The notes: generated by a model not told the origin, from the sequence alone. Positions 10,164 through 20,313 are shown, numbered from the stretch's first letter. The stretch is DNA of 64,000 nt from an uncultured delta proteobacterium (GCA_963729715.1 CAVSPA010000005.1:384001-448000), one strand, 5' to 3'. Translations and numbers: made by a program.

Positions 10164-11516
10164 ATGATGGAAGAGTCCGCCTCACCTTTAAACATTCTGG
10201 TTGTCGACGACGAGCTGAATATTCGCAAGACCCTCTCCGTCTGCCTCGAGACGGAAGGACACAAGGTTGTTGCGGTTAGCAATTACGAGGATGCCCTTTC
10301 TGAAAACGCCCGCCGTTCCTTTGATGCCGCTTTTGTTGATCTCCGTCTCGGGACAAAAAGCGGCCTCGACCTCATCCCGGCGCTTCTATCCAGCTCGCCC
10401 TGGCTAAAAGTCATAGTCATCACCGCCTACGCATCGATCGATACAGCGGTAGATGCGATGAAGCGGGGCGCTGCCGACTATATTCCGAAACCTTTCACGC
10501 CTTCCCAGGTAAAACTCTGCGTAGATAAGGTTGCCGAGGTTCGTTCGCTGGAGCAGCGTGTAGATGCCCTCCAGGCGGATTTGAGCCGCATCAATCCCGA
10601 AGTGGACCTGGGCACGACAAGTCCCATCATGCAGCGGACTGTCGAACAGGCACGGCAGGTGGCCACGACAGACGCTATTGTCCTGCTCACAGGAGAGAAC
10701 GGAACCGGAAAAAGTGTTATTGCGCGGGCTATCCACGGGTGGAGCAAACGGGCAAATAAGCCTTTTGCAGAGATCTCATGCCCTGCTCTTTCCGCAGAAC
10801 TTCTGGAAAGCGAGCTTTTCGGACACGTGAAAGGGGCATTTACAGGCGCTGTGCGGGACCATCTGGGACGGATCGCCTTTTGCGAAGGAGGCACGCTGTT
10901 CCTGGATGAGATAGGCGATCTGCCGCCCTCCGTTCAGCCGAAGCTGTTAAGGTTTATCCAGGAAAGGGAATACGAACGTCTCGGCGATCACGTGACCCGG
11001 AAAGCGGATGTTCGCCTGATCGCAGCTACCAACATGGACATCGAGGAGGCAGTCAGAAATAATCGTTTCCGCGAAGACCTCTTCTATCGGCTGAATGTCA
11101 TCCAGATAGAGATCCCCCCGCTCCGCAAGCGGCCTGATGATATTGCCGACCTCGCCCGCCGCTTGCTCATCTTCTTTGGAAGAAGCCATCACTGTGCTCA
11201 TCAGCGCTTGACCGAAGAGGCGCTGCAGGCGCTCCGCCGCTATTCCTGGCCGGGAAATGTGCGTGAGCTGCGAAATGTAATCGAACGGGCCTCCATACTC
11301 TGCAAATCAGAGTCCGTGGGAATCGAATTCCTGCCGGAAAAGCTAATCACCGCGGAAGACCGCCCTAAGCCCGGAGATCTTGTTTCTCTCGATAAGCTGG
11401 AAGAGATGCACATCCGTCGCGTCCTCGCTCAAGCGAAATCATTGCAGGAAGCCGCCGACATTCTCGGAGTCGATCAGGCAACCCTCTGGCGACGCCGGAA
11501 ACGCTACGGAATCTGA
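10164..11516 (+). CDS. Sigma54-dependent response regulator (receiver + AAA+ + Fis HTH; AlgB/NtrC-like)
   Basis: VVDDE receiver, KPF, GENGTGKS Walker A, ESELFGHVKGAFTGA, LFLDEIG, WPGNVREL, C-terminal ATLWRRRK HTH. Confidence 0.95.
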   Translation: MMEESASPLNILVVDDELNIRKTLSVCLETEGHKVVAVSNYEDALSENARRSFDAAFVDLRLGTKSGLDLIPALLSSSPWLKVIVITAYASIDTAVDAMKRGAADYIPKPFTPSQVKLCVDKVAEVRSLEQRVDALQADLSRINPEVDLGTTSPIMQRTVEQARQVATTDAIVLLTGENGTGKSVIARAIHGWSKRANKPFAEISCPALSAELLESELFGHVKGAFTGAVRDHLGRIAFCEGGTLFLDEIGDLPPSVQPKLLRFIQEREYERLGDHVTRKADVRLIAATNMDIEEAVRNNRFREDLFYRLNVIQIEIPPLRKRPDDIADLARRLLIFFGRSHHCAHQRLTEEALQALRRYSWPGNVRELRNVIERASILCKSESVGIEFLPEKLITAEDRPKPGDLVSLDKLEEMHIRRVLAQAKSLQEAADILGVDQATLWRRRKRYGI

Positions 11517-11553
11517 ACAGGCAGTTCGCAGAAATTACATCATCTATTACAAA

Positions 11554-11598
11554 TTGCGTTTTGCAAAGTGTTTGACGCCGTCTTCTTGCGGAATGCAA
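11554..11598. promoter_or_regulatory. Tandem palindromic enhancer (UAS) sites TTGCG-N3-TGCAA
   Basis: TTGCGTTTTGCAA (11554-11566) and TTGCGGAATGCAA (11586-11598), 32 bp apart, upstream of a sigma54 promoter. Confidence 0.65.
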
Positions 11599-11649
11599 GA
11601 CCAAGCAGTTGCGCAAATCTACAGGCCCTGATTTTATTGTGTTTCTCCG

Positions 11650-11665
11650 TGGCACGCCGGTTGCT
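11650..11665 (+). promoter_or_regulatory. Sigma54 (-24/-12) promoter for the kinase-kdp operon
   Basis: TGGCACGCCGGTTGCT matches the TGGCACG-N4-TTGCW consensus exactly and lies ~30 bp before the kinase start. Confidence 0.88.
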
Positions 11666-11693
11666 TTAACACAGCAGCACGAGGAGAAAGACT

Positions 11694-13541
11694 ATGTTTA
11701 GTTTAAGACAGAAGTTATTTCTTGGATTCGGCGGCCTGTTGCTCATCATCGCATTGACCGGTATTCAAAGCATCAGTAAAGTCACAGAACTGGGCGATGC
11801 AATCGATGTCATTCTCAGAGAAAATTATCTAAGCGTGCTCGCCTGTCAGAATATGAAAGAATCCCTGGAAAGAATGGACAGCGGGGCGCTTTTTATCCTT
11901 TCCGGTTATGAAAAGGAGGGAAGAGAGGCCATTGACGGAAACGTCCCGGAGTTTGAGAAGGCGCTCACGATCGAATTGAATAATATCACTATCCCGGGCG
12001 AAGGAGAGAAGGCCGCCCACCTCAGTAAACTTTTTGTAAAATATAAGACCACGATTCAAGGCATGGAAGATCGAATCACCCCACACGAAACGCGGCGGGA
12101 CATTTATTTCAATAAACTGTTTCCATTGTTTCGGGATATAAAGGGAACGGCGGATGCGATCCTTAATATGAACCAACAGAACATGTACGATGCTAATCAA
12201 TTGGCGCGCCATAAGGCGACCAAGGCGCGTGAGCAGATGTATTTTCTCCTGATTCTCGGTGCTGTCATGGCCGTCGCCTACATATTCTTGATCGGCAAAT
12301 GGATCCTCCGACCGATTCAACGTTTGACCCAGTCTGCCGAGGAGATCAAAAGGGGCAATCTGGATCTCACGGTTAAGACCGATACCCGTGACGAAATAGG
12401 GCAACTTTCGGAGGCATTCAACGCGATGGCTGCAAGTCTTCGGGAAGTCCGCCGCAGCGACGAAGCAAAACTTGTTAGGATTCAGCACTCGACACAGCAG
12501 ACATTCGATAATCTTCCGGATGCCGTGGCAATTCTCGACTTGGAGGGAAAGGTGGAGACGGCGACGGAAACAGCCGGAAACATCTTTGGACTGAAGCGCA
12601 GCATCCGGATTGAAAGCGTACCATTTAAATGGATAACTGATCTATACAGAAATGCCCTGAAGGGCGATCACGCCTCTGCGAAAGAAGACGTAACAGCTGT
12701 CGTACAACACTTTGTCAACGCGGAGGAACATTTCTTCCGGCCGATGACAGCTCCTATCTTGAATAATAGAAGAGAACTTATCGGCATAATCCTTATCCTC
12801 AAGGATGTCACAGATCAACTGGAGCAAGACGAACTAAAAAAAGGCGTCATTTCCACAGTCTCCCATCAGTTGAAAACGCCTCTTACGTCGATGCGCATGG
12901 CCATTCACCTCCTTCTTGATGAAAAGATCGGGCCCCTCACTCCCAAGCAGCAGGAACTCTTGATTGCGGCCCGGGAAGACAGCGAGCGCCTTCATAAGAT
13001 CCTCGATAGTCTGCTTGATATCAGCCGCATAGTATCCGGCAAAATGGCTATGGAGCTTCATGCGGTCCCGCCTCAGCAAATCATCTCCGAGACTGTTGAA
13101 TCTTTCCGGGGAGCGGCCCTCGGCCAAGGCGTGAAAATTCACATACTGCTGCCCGGCGACCTGCCCGAGGTCTGGGCTGATACGATGCGGATCGGACATG
13201 TTTTCGCGAACCTGCTGTCCAATGCCCTCAAGTATACTGCCTCCGGCGACACGGTGACTGTAACCGCACAGGTTGGTAAACAACAGGTTGAGTTCTCCGT
13301 TTCCGATACCGGCAAAGGAATACCTGAGCAGTATCTCTCCAGGGTCTTCGACCCGTTCTTCCGCGTTCCGGGACAGGAAGCTGATACCGGCACCGGCTTG
13401 GGCCTTTCCATAGTCAAGGAAATCGTCGAGGCACACGGAGGATCTGTTACCGTAAAAAGCAAGACAGGTGAAGGAACAACTTTTTCCTTTGCGTTGAGAA
13501 GGGCCGATAGAATTGCAGCGGATGCGGGTGACAGGGAATGA
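11694..13541 (+). CDS. Membrane sensor histidine kinase (four-helix-bundle sensor, HAMP, PAS-like, HisKA, HATPase; KinB-like)
   Basis: Two TM helices; ILRENYLS...M sensor; RDEIGQLSEAFNAM HAMP; SHQLKTPLTS H-box; NALKY, DTGKGI, GTGLGL. Confidence 0.93.
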   Translation: MFSLRQKLFLGFGGLLLIIALTGIQSISKVTELGDAIDVILRENYLSVLACQNMKESLERMDSGALFILSGYEKEGREAIDGNVPEFEKALTIELNNITIPGEGEKAAHLSKLFVKYKTTIQGMEDRITPHETRRDIYFNKLFPLFRDIKGTADAILNMNQQNMYDANQLARHKATKAREQMYFLLILGAVMAVAYIFLIGKWILRPIQRLTQSAEEIKRGNLDLTVKTDTRDEIGQLSEAFNAMAASLREVRRSDEAKLVRIQHSTQQTFDNLPDAVAILDLEGKVETATETAGNIFGLKRSIRIESVPFKWITDLYRNALKGDHASAKEDVTAVVQHFVNAEEHFFRPMTAPILNNRRELIGIILILKDVTDQLEQDELKKGVISTVSHQLKTPLTSMRMAIHLLLDEKIGPLTPKQQELLIAAREDSERLHKILDSLLDISRIVSGKMAMELHAVPPQQIISETVESFRGAALGQGVKIHILLPGDLPEVWADTMRIGHVFANLLSNALKYTASGDTVTVTAQVGKQQVEFSVSDTGKGIPEQYLSRVFDPFFRVPGQEADTGTGLGLSIVKEIVEAHGGSVTVKSKTGEGTTFSFALRRADRIAADAGDRE

Positions 13542-13621
13542 TTGATCTCGTCTATATAATCACAGTCGTCATCTTTTTCGCGGCTTGTATCTCTTATGCG
13601 AGGCTCTGCGGGAGGCTTTAG
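13538..13621 (+). CDS. Small hydrophobic peptide upstream of kdpF (27 aa, MIDLVYIITVVIFFAACISYARLCGRL)
   Basis: ATGA overlap with the kinase stop; single TM helix; resembles the small ORFs often found before kdpF. Confidence 0.7.
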   Translation: MIDLVYIITVVIFFAACISYARLCGRL

Positions 13622-13624
13622 CGT

Positions 13625-13708
13625 ATGTCGGAATACATCGTTTTTATAATCGGCATGATTCTCATCGTCTATCTTTTCGTTGTTGTCCTCCGTCCGGAGA
13701 AGTTTTAA
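13625..13708 (+). CDS. kdpF: K+-transporting ATPase subunit F (27 aa)
   Basis: MSEYIVFIIGMILIVYLFVVVLRPEKF, with the YL...LRPEKF KdpF signature and a GGAGG RBS; missed by the ORF track. Confidence 0.9.
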   Translation: MSEYIVFIIGMILIVYLFVVVLRPEKF

Positions 13709-13762
13709 AGATTCTCTCTGCCGGAAACGGTGACATATAACATCTGAACTGGTTGTCTTGTT

Positions 13763-15565
13763 ATGAATATATATGGCTGGAGCCAATTGGCAGTCTTTAT
13801 CGGGATTCTCCTGATGCTGACAAAACCGATCGGGATCTATCTTGCACAGGTTCTGGATATTGATGGTAAGCCGTTTCTCGGCTCCGCGCTTCGTCCTCTC
13901 GAAAGGTTACTTTACAATCTTTTCGGGCTTGACCAGAAAAAGGAACAGTCCTGGCAGGAGTATACCATTTCGCTCCTCGTCTTCAGCCTCGTAAGTCTCC
14001 TTGCGACCTACGCGATCCTCCGTCTACAGCATCTCTTGCCTTTGAACACGCAGAGGTTCGGGCCTGTCAGTGAACATCTGGCCTTCAACACCGCCGCAAG
14101 TTTCACCACCAACACAAACTGGCAGAGTTACGGCGGCGAGTCCACGCTTTCGTATTTTTCGCAGATGGTGGGTCTCGTCTTCCATAACTTCACCTCCGCA
14201 GCCGTAGGAATAGCCGTGGCCGCCGTCCTCGTAAGAGGCGTCGCCCGGCAGTCCGCGCGAACGATCGGCAATTTTTGGATTGACCTCGTCCGCGTGAACA
14301 TTTATCTCCTCCTGCCCCTCTCTATCATCTACGCCCTTTTTCTGGTGTCCCAAGGCATGATTCAGAATTTCAGGCCTTACGATACGGCACAGCTTGTGGA
14401 AGCCTCCGTCATTCAAGTAGTCAAGACGGATGCCACGGGTCATGAAATCATCGATGCCCAGCGAAGGCCGGTCATGGAGGATCGGCGGATCGAAACACAA
14501 ACTATAGCGCAGGGACCGGCTGCATCACAGGCGGCGATCAAGATGCTGGGGACCAACGGCGGCGGCTTCTTCAATGCCAACGCCTCTCACCCCTTTGAGA
14601 ACCCGACGCCTCTATCAAACTTTTTGCAGATCCTTTCCATATTTCTCATACCGAGCGGTCTCACTTATTATCTAGGTAGAATGGTCAAGAACCAGCGGCA
14701 CGGATGGACAGTTTGGGGCGTGATGCTTGCACTCTTCCTTGCAGGAGTTCTGGTATGCTGGTGGGCGGAAGGAGCGGGAAACCCGAGAATGCATGCCCTC
14801 GGCGTTGATGCGGCTGGAGGGAATATGGAAGGCAAGGAGACTCGCTTCGGCATATTCGGCTCTGCCCTTTTCGCCGCGGTGACTACGGATGCCTCATGCG
14901 GAGCCGTCAACGCGATGCATGATTCCTTCACACCGCTGGGCGGCTTGATCCCACTCTTCAATATTCAGCTCGGGGAGGTCGTTTTTGGTGGCGTGGGAGC
15001 CGGGCTTTACGGGATGCTTGTCTTTGTTATCCTGACCGTGTTTCTCGCGGGACTGATGGTAGGGCGCACCCCCGAGTATCTCGGAAAGAAAATCGAGGCC
15101 TATGACGTGAAGGCCAGTGTCTTATACGTGATGGTGCCCGTTTTTTCTGTCCTGGGATTCGCCGCTTGGGCCGCGGCGAGCAAGTGGGGCATGGCCGGTC
15201 TCAATAATACCGGGCCTCATGGTTTTAGCGAAATACTTTATGCATTCTCATCTGCCGTGGGCAATAATGGCAGCGCCTTCGCGGGCTTGAGCACCAACAC
15301 CTACTGGTATGACACAACGCTCGGTGTGGCCATGCTGCTTGGCCGCTTTTTCATGATTATCCCGGTTCTTGCACTCGCAGGCAGCCTGGCGCAAAAGAAA
15401 CAGGTTGCTGTGAGCGGCGGCTCTTTTCCTGCGTCCGGCGTTCTCTTTGCCGTGCTTGTGCTCGGCACCGTTCTCATTGTCGGCGCCCTGACTTTCCTGC
15501 CGGCGCTTGCGCTCGGTCCCATTGTGGAACATTTCCTGATGGCAGGTTCGCAGATTCTCTATTGA
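13763..15565 (+). CDS. kdpA: K+-transporting ATPase subunit A
   Basis: FNTAASFTTNTNWQSY, LGTNGGGFF, SCGAVN, MVGRTPEYLGKKI, NNGSAFAG. Confidence 0.98.
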   Translation: MNIYGWSQLAVFIGILLMLTKPIGIYLAQVLDIDGKPFLGSALRPLERLLYNLFGLDQKKEQSWQEYTISLLVFSLVSLLATYAILRLQHLLPLNTQRFGPVSEHLAFNTAASFTTNTNWQSYGGESTLSYFSQMVGLVFHNFTSAAVGIAVAAVLVRGVARQSARTIGNFWIDLVRVNIYLLLPLSIIYALFLVSQGMIQNFRPYDTAQLVEASVIQVVKTDATGHEIIDAQRRPVMEDRRIETQTIAQGPAASQAAIKMLGTNGGGFFNANASHPFENPTPLSNFLQILSIFLIPSGLTYYLGRMVKNQRHGWTVWGVMLALFLAGVLVCWWAEGAGNPRMHALGVDAAGGNMEGKETRFGIFGSALFAAVTTDASCGAVNAMHDSFTPLGGLIPLFNIQLGEVVFGGVGAGLYGMLVFVILTVFLAGLMVGRTPEYLGKKIEAYDVKASVLYVMVPVFSVLGFAAWAAASKWGMAGLNNTGPHGFSEILYAFSSAVGNNGSAFAGLSTNTYWYDTTLGVAMLLGRFFMIIPVLALAGSLAQKKQVAVSGGSFPASGVLFAVLVLGTVLIVGALTFLPALALGPIVEHFLMAGSQILY

Positions 15566-15577
15566 GGTACAAAGTTC

Positions 15578-17599
15578 ATGGCTATGAAGGCGCGTTCTAT
15601 CTTTGATCGGGACATTCTATCGCAGGCAATAGTTCACGCTGCAAAAAAAATGAACCCGGTATACATGGTCAATAATCCTGTCATGTTCGTCACGGAAGCG
15701 GGGGCATTCATCGTGAGCGTCGGGCTGTTCTTCCTTCCGGGGGGTGAAAATCTTGGTTTCAGTATACAGATCGCCCTATGGCTCTGGTTCACAGTATACT
15801 TCGCCAATTTCGCGGAAGCCATGGCAGAAGGGAGAGGCAGGGCGCAGGCGAACGCCCTCCGGAAGACGCGGACACGCACAACGGCCAATCGCATCCGTAA
15901 CGATAGCTCTCTCGAGAAAATCCCTGCCGACCAATTGCAAAAGGGAGATATGTTTTTCGTCGCCGCAGGCGAAATAATACCTGCGGACGGAGAAATAACT
16001 GAGGGGGTCGCCACGGTTGATGAATCGGCCATTACCGGGGAATCGGCGCCCGTAATCCGGGAGGCAGGCGGTGACCGAAGCGCCGTTACCGGTGGAACAA
16101 AGGTTCTCTCGGATTGGATCAGAGTTCGTGTGACGGCTAATCCCGGTGAGAGTTTTTTGGACCGCATGATCGGACTCGTCGAAGGGGCGAGGCGCCAGAA
16201 GACACCAAACGAGATAGCCCTCACTATCCTCCTTGCGGCGCTCACGATAATCTTTCTCGTTGTCATCATGACGCTGAAATTCTACGGGCTCTATGCGGGA
16301 ATATCATTTTCCGTCACTGTCCTGGTCGCACTGCTTGTCTGCCTGATTCCCACGACCATCGGCGGGCTTCTGAGCGCCATCGGCATAGCGGGTATCGACA
16401 GGATGGTGCAGAGGAACGTCCTCGCCATGAGCGGCCGCGCAGTTGAGGCCGCGGGTGATGTGGATGTACTGCTACTCGACAAAACGGGAACAATAACTCT
16501 CGGCGACCGTCAGGCTACTGAATTCATTCCCGCGCCGGGCATCACGGTGGAGGAACTGGCTGATGCCGCCCAGTTGGCCTCACTTGCCGACGAGACACCC
16601 GAGGGGAGAAGTATAGTCGTCCTCGCAAAAAAATATAGTCTCAGGGGCCGCTCGATTTCAGACATGCCCCAGGCCAGGTTCATCAACTTCACGGCGCAGA
16701 CACGTATGAGCGGTGTGGATTTAGAAGACCGACAGATAAGGAAGGGAGCAGCCGACGTAATAAAGACTTTTGTCGGTGCGGATTTCCCGGCACAAGTCCA
16801 AGACTCCGTAGATCATGTTGCGGATTCCGGCGGGACGCCTCTCGTCGTCGCTTCCGGCGGGCAGGTTCTCGGTGTCGTCCATCTGAAGGATATCGTGAAA
16901 GGCGGGCTCAAAGACCGGTTTGAAAGATTACGCGCGATGGGCATCAAGACGGTCATGATCACCGGCGATAACCGGCTTACAGCGACAGCCATTGCGAAGG
17001 AGGCAGGCGTGGATGACTTCATCGCTGAGGCGCGCCCCGAGGACAAGCTCTCTCTGATCCGAAAAGAACAAGCGAGAGGACATCTTGTCGCCATGACCGG
17101 CGACGGTACGAATGACGCACCCGCCCTTGCACAGGCCGACGTCGGGGTTGCGATGAACACAGGCACGCAGGCGGCAAAGGAAGCAGGCAATATGGTGGAC
17201 CTTGATTCCAACCCCACGAAACTTATCGAGGTCGTTGAAATCGGAAAGCAGATGCTCATCACGCGGGGCGCCCTCACGACTTTCAGCATCGCCAATGACG
17301 TAGCCAAATACTTTGCCATCATTCCGGCCATGATCGTGGGCTCATTTCCGGTTATTGACCCCTTGAACGTCATGCGGCTTCAATCTCCGGCAAGCGCCAT
17401 ACTCAGCGCCGTAATTTTCAACGCGCTCATTATTATTGCCCTTGTTCCTCTCGCGCTGAGAGGCGTGAAGTTCCGGCCCGTCGGCGCCGCGGCGCTGTTG
17501 AAGCGCAATATTCTCATCTACGGCTTGGGAGGAATCATAGCGCCTTTCCCCGGAATCAAGCTAATAGATATCATCGTTAACGCCCTGCATCTCGCGTGA
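15578..17599 (+). CDS. kdpB: K+-transporting ATPase subunit B (P-type ATPase)
   Basis: [23 protein letters not shown] phosphorylation site, [21 protein letters not shown]. Confidence 0.98.
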   Translation: MAMKARSIFDRDILSQAIVHAAKKMNPVYMVNNPVMFVTEAGAFIVSVGLFFLPGGENLGFSIQIALWLWFTVYFANFAEAMAEGRGRAQANALRKTRTRTTANRIRNDSSLEKIPADQLQKGDMFFVAAGEIIPADGEITEGVATVDESAITGESAPVIREAGGDRSAVTGGTKVLSDWIRVRVTANPGESFLDRMIGLVEGARRQKTPNEIALTILLAALTIIFLVVIMTLKFYGLYAGISFSVTVLVALLVCLIPTTIGGLLSAIGIAGIDRMVQRNVLAMSGRAVEAAGDVDVLLLDKTGTITLGDRQATEFIPAPGITVEELADAAQLASLADETPEGRSIVVLAKKYSLRGRSISDMPQARFINFTAQTRMSGVDLEDRQIRKGAADVIKTFVGADFPAQVQDSVDHVADSGGTPLVVASGGQVLGVVHLKDIVKGGLKDRFERLRAMGIKTVMITGDNRLTATAIAKEAGVDDFIAEARPEDKLSLIRKEQARGHLVAMTGDGTNDAPALAQADVGVAMNTGTQAAKEAGNMVDLDSNPTKLIEVVEIGKQMLITRGALTTFSIANDVAKYFAIIPAMIVGSFPVIDPLNVMRLQSPASAILSAVIFNALIIIALVPLALRGVKFRPVGAAALLKRNILIYGLGGIIAPFPGIKLIDIIVNALHLA

Positions 17600-17616
17600 G
17601 GGAAGGTTTTGCAGCC

Positions 17617-18198
17617 ATGAAGAATCTGTTCAAAGAAATCCGCATATCGCTTGTTGCCACCCTGTCTCTCGCGGTCATTTTATGCGGCATTTACCCGGCC
17701 CTGGTCTGGATCGCGGCACAGGCCGTATTCCACGACGAGGCGAACGGATCACTCATCATCAAGAATGGCCGCATTGTGGGGTCGAGCCTGCTTGCGCAGA
17801 GATTTACCGGCGCAAAATATTTTCATCCCCGGCCGTCCGCGGCGGGCGCCGGTTACGACGCAGCCAACTCCGGCGGCAGCAACCTCGGCCCTCTCTCGAA
17901 GAAATTGATTGATGATCTCGGCGAGCGCGTCCGTGACTACCGTGCAGAGAATAACCTTTCAGTCGAAGCCACGGTGCCGGCGGATGCAGTGACTGCGTCG
18001 GCAAGCGGCCTTGACCCGCACATCAGCCGGGAGAACGCCATGATGCAGGCAGCGCGGGTTGCCCGCGCGCGAGGAGTGAGCGAGGAAAGCATAGAGAGCA
18101 AGATCGCGGCTCATACGGAAAGGCGCACTCTCGGAATATTCGGCGAACCCCGCGTGAATGTACTGCTCTTGAATCTGGAGTTCGATGGGGACAAATAG
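17617..18198 (+). CDS. kdpC: K+-transporting ATPase subunit C
   Basis: YFHPRPS, SGGSNLGP, DAVTASASGLDPHIS, GEPRVNVL; ATG at 17617 preferred over the GTG at 17596. Confidence 0.96.
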   Translation: MKNLFKEIRISLVATLSLAVILCGIYPALVWIAAQAVFHDEANGSLIIKNGRIVGSSLLAQRFTGAKYFHPRPSAAGAGYDAANSGGSNLGPLSKKLIDDLGERVRDYRAENNLSVEATVPADAVTASASGLDPHISRENAMMQAARVARARGVSEESIESKIAAHTERRTLGIFGEPRVNVLLLNLEFDGDK

Positions 18199-18201
18199 AA
18201 T

Positions 18202-19881
18202 ATGCCTGGTGAAAATCGTCCAGATGCCTTTTTGAGGATGATCCGCAGGTCCCAACGCGGCCACCTGAAGATATACCTCGGTTATGCAGCGGGCGTGGGT
18301 AAGACCTACCGGATGCTCCAAGAGGCGCGCCAACTCAAGGCCGAGAGTATTGACGTGGTCGTGGGACTGGTCGAGACGCATGGCCGGGTCGATGTCGCCA
18401 AGCTTCTCGAAGGTCTGGAAATAATCCGGAGACGAAGGCAGGAATACCGCGGGATCATCGTTGAGGAGATGGACGTTGATGCCATTCTCGCCCGGAAGCC
18501 GCAGATTGCACTCGTCGATGAACTGGCACATACCAACGTGCCGGGGAGCCGCAATGCCAAGAGGTATCAGGACGTCCAGGATATCCTCGCCCACGGGATT
18601 CACGTCATCAGTACCCTGAACATCCAGCATCTCGAAAGCCTCTACGACGTCGTAGAGAAGGCGTCCGGCGTCAGGGTCCATGAACGGCTTCCTGATGCGG
18701 TCCTCGCGGAAGCGGACCAGATCGTGAATGTCGATTTGACTACGGAGGACCTTGGCGAACGTCTCAAAGAAGGAAAGATATATCCTCTCGAACGCATCGA
18801 GACGGCAGTCACAAATTTCTTCAAGAAATCGAACCTAGAGCAGCTCCGGGAGCTTACCTTACGCGAACTGGCTTCACAGATTGATCTGCGATCCCGTGAT
18901 GAACTGGAAGAGGAGGTGCCGGCCACTCCCGATCAGGTGATGGTATGTCTCAGCTCAAAAGGCCAGAACAGCGAGAAGCTGCTTCGTTATGCTTCGCGCT
19001 TGGCCGGACGACTTAACAGGAACTGGTATGCCGTCTATGTCCAGACGCCGTCGGAGGCGCCGACGGCTATCGATGCGCAGACACAGCGTATCCTGTCAGG
19101 CACCCTAACCCTCGCGAAGCAGCTCGGGGCCATCGTCTTCACCTTCAAGGGAGAAGATATCGTCAAGACCATTCTTCAGTTTGCCAGAGAATACAGGGTC
19201 GGTCATATTGTGATCGGGAGCCCGAGAAAAATTCCTTTCTGGAAACAACTGATGGGCGAACGCAGTGTCGCCGAACGCCTGATCCGCGATGCGAGGGGCG
19301 TGACGGTAGTTGTCCTTGACACGCAGAAACACGACGTAGCCGCTCCTCTTGCGGTTGAAGAAGAGATAATACATGAGGAGAAGGCCCCTGCAACACGTGA
19401 AGCAGAGGACACTCGCACACTTTTAACTCAATTCATATCCCAGGACAGGATCGTCATCTGGGAGACGCCCATCGCAAAAGATAATCTGCTCAGAACCCTC
19501 TCAGATGCCGCCTGTGAAGACGGAAGCGAAGAGAAATCGAAGGGCCTTAACGCAATCATGGAAAGAGAAAAACAAGGCTCCACGTTTTTCAACGAAGGCG
19601 TGGCCTTCCCCCATGCAAGGATCGAAGGACTGAAACGCTCATGCGTGGCCATCGGTTTGACACACGGGGGTCTTTTCGATGTGGCGACGGAAAAGCCTAT
19701 CGAATATGTTTTTTTGATCTTTTCACCGGCGGATATTCCCGACGAACAGATCCAGATACTGGCACTTGTCAGCAAAGCCGCCCTCGACAGGCAGCTCATG
19801 GAAACCTTGCGGTCGGCGGGAACCCCGGGCGAAGCCTATCAGGCCATTCGGGCATGGGAAATTGCGGAGCAAGCCGTATAA
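18202..19881 (+). CDS. kdpD: Soluble KdpD N-terminal sensor (KdpD + Usp domains) fused to a PTS EIIA domain; no TM or kinase domains
   Basis: LKIYLGYAAGVGKT, VDELAHTN, NIQHLESL; Usp domain (VMVCLSS...WYAVYV...IVIGS); C-terminal EREKQGSTFFNEGVAFPHAR EIIA phospho-His motif. Confidence 0.88.
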   Translation: MPGENRPDAFLRMIRRSQRGHLKIYLGYAAGVGKTYRMLQEARQLKAESIDVVVGLVETHGRVDVAKLLEGLEIIRRRRQEYRGIIVEEMDVDAILARKPQIALVDELAHTNVPGSRNAKRYQDVQDILAHGIHVISTLNIQHLESLYDVVEKASGVRVHERLPDAVLAEADQIVNVDLTTEDLGERLKEGKIYPLERIETAVTNFFKKSNLEQLRELTLRELASQIDLRSRDELEEEVPATPDQVMVCLSSKGQNSEKLLRYASRLAGRLNRNWYAVYVQTPSEAPTAIDAQTQRILSGTLTLAKQLGAIVFTFKGEDIVKTILQFAREYRVGHIVIGSPRKIPFWKQLMGERSVAERLIRDARGVTVVVLDTQKHDVAAPLAVEEEIIHEEKAPATREAEDTRTLLTQFISQDRIVIWETPIAKDNLLRTLSDAACEDGSEEKSKGLNAIMEREKQGSTFFNEGVAFPHARIEGLKRSCVAIGLTHGGLFDVATEKPIEYVFLIFSPADIPDEQIQILALVSKAALDRQLMETLRSAGTPGEAYQAIRAWEIAEQAV

Positions 19882-20029
19882 TGAGCCACGTTGTAAATTA
19901 TACTGCGGCCTGAAGTCATCAGCAGTGCGGGTTCTAAGGGAGATTGGAGAAGAGAAAATCGAGCGCGAACAAGAGGACGATGAGATACATGAGGGGATGG
20001 ACATCCCGCAACATTAAACAGGGTAGGAT

Positions 20030-20125
20030 AAGTCCGAAGTCCTTTACGGCGGAACAGATTATCGCGTTTCTACGAGAAGCGGATGTGAAGCTTTCCCTGG
20101 GCAGAAACGTGGGAATAGCTTTTCC
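20030..20125 (+). pseudogene. IS3-family transposase OrfA remnant
   Basis: KSFTAEQIIAFLREADVKLSLGRNVG resembles the N-terminus of IS3-family OrfA; no start codon and no OrfB. Confidence 0.55.
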
Positions 20126-20313
20126 GGAAGATTCCATCACAAGACTTCTAAATGTTTTTATCACTCCAACAAGCACTGGCTGTTACAAACAGTAATCTCC
20201 AATGCCTCTCTCTTGTACATTTCATTGACTTGATACTATTTAAGGCCTCCCCCTAAAACATGGTATATTTGTTTTTGACGAGACAAAATAATACCAGAAG
20301 AAGGAGGAAGCCC

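Noticed and set aside
18940..19040. c-di-AMP-binding motif in the KdpD Usp domain
   Set aside because: Only a partial match (SSK...WYAVY versus SxS...FTAxY), too weak to claim
20220..20313. IS110 bridge-RNA region
   Set aside because: The transposases are fragments, element ends cannot be defined, and only an RBS-proximal hairpin is visible
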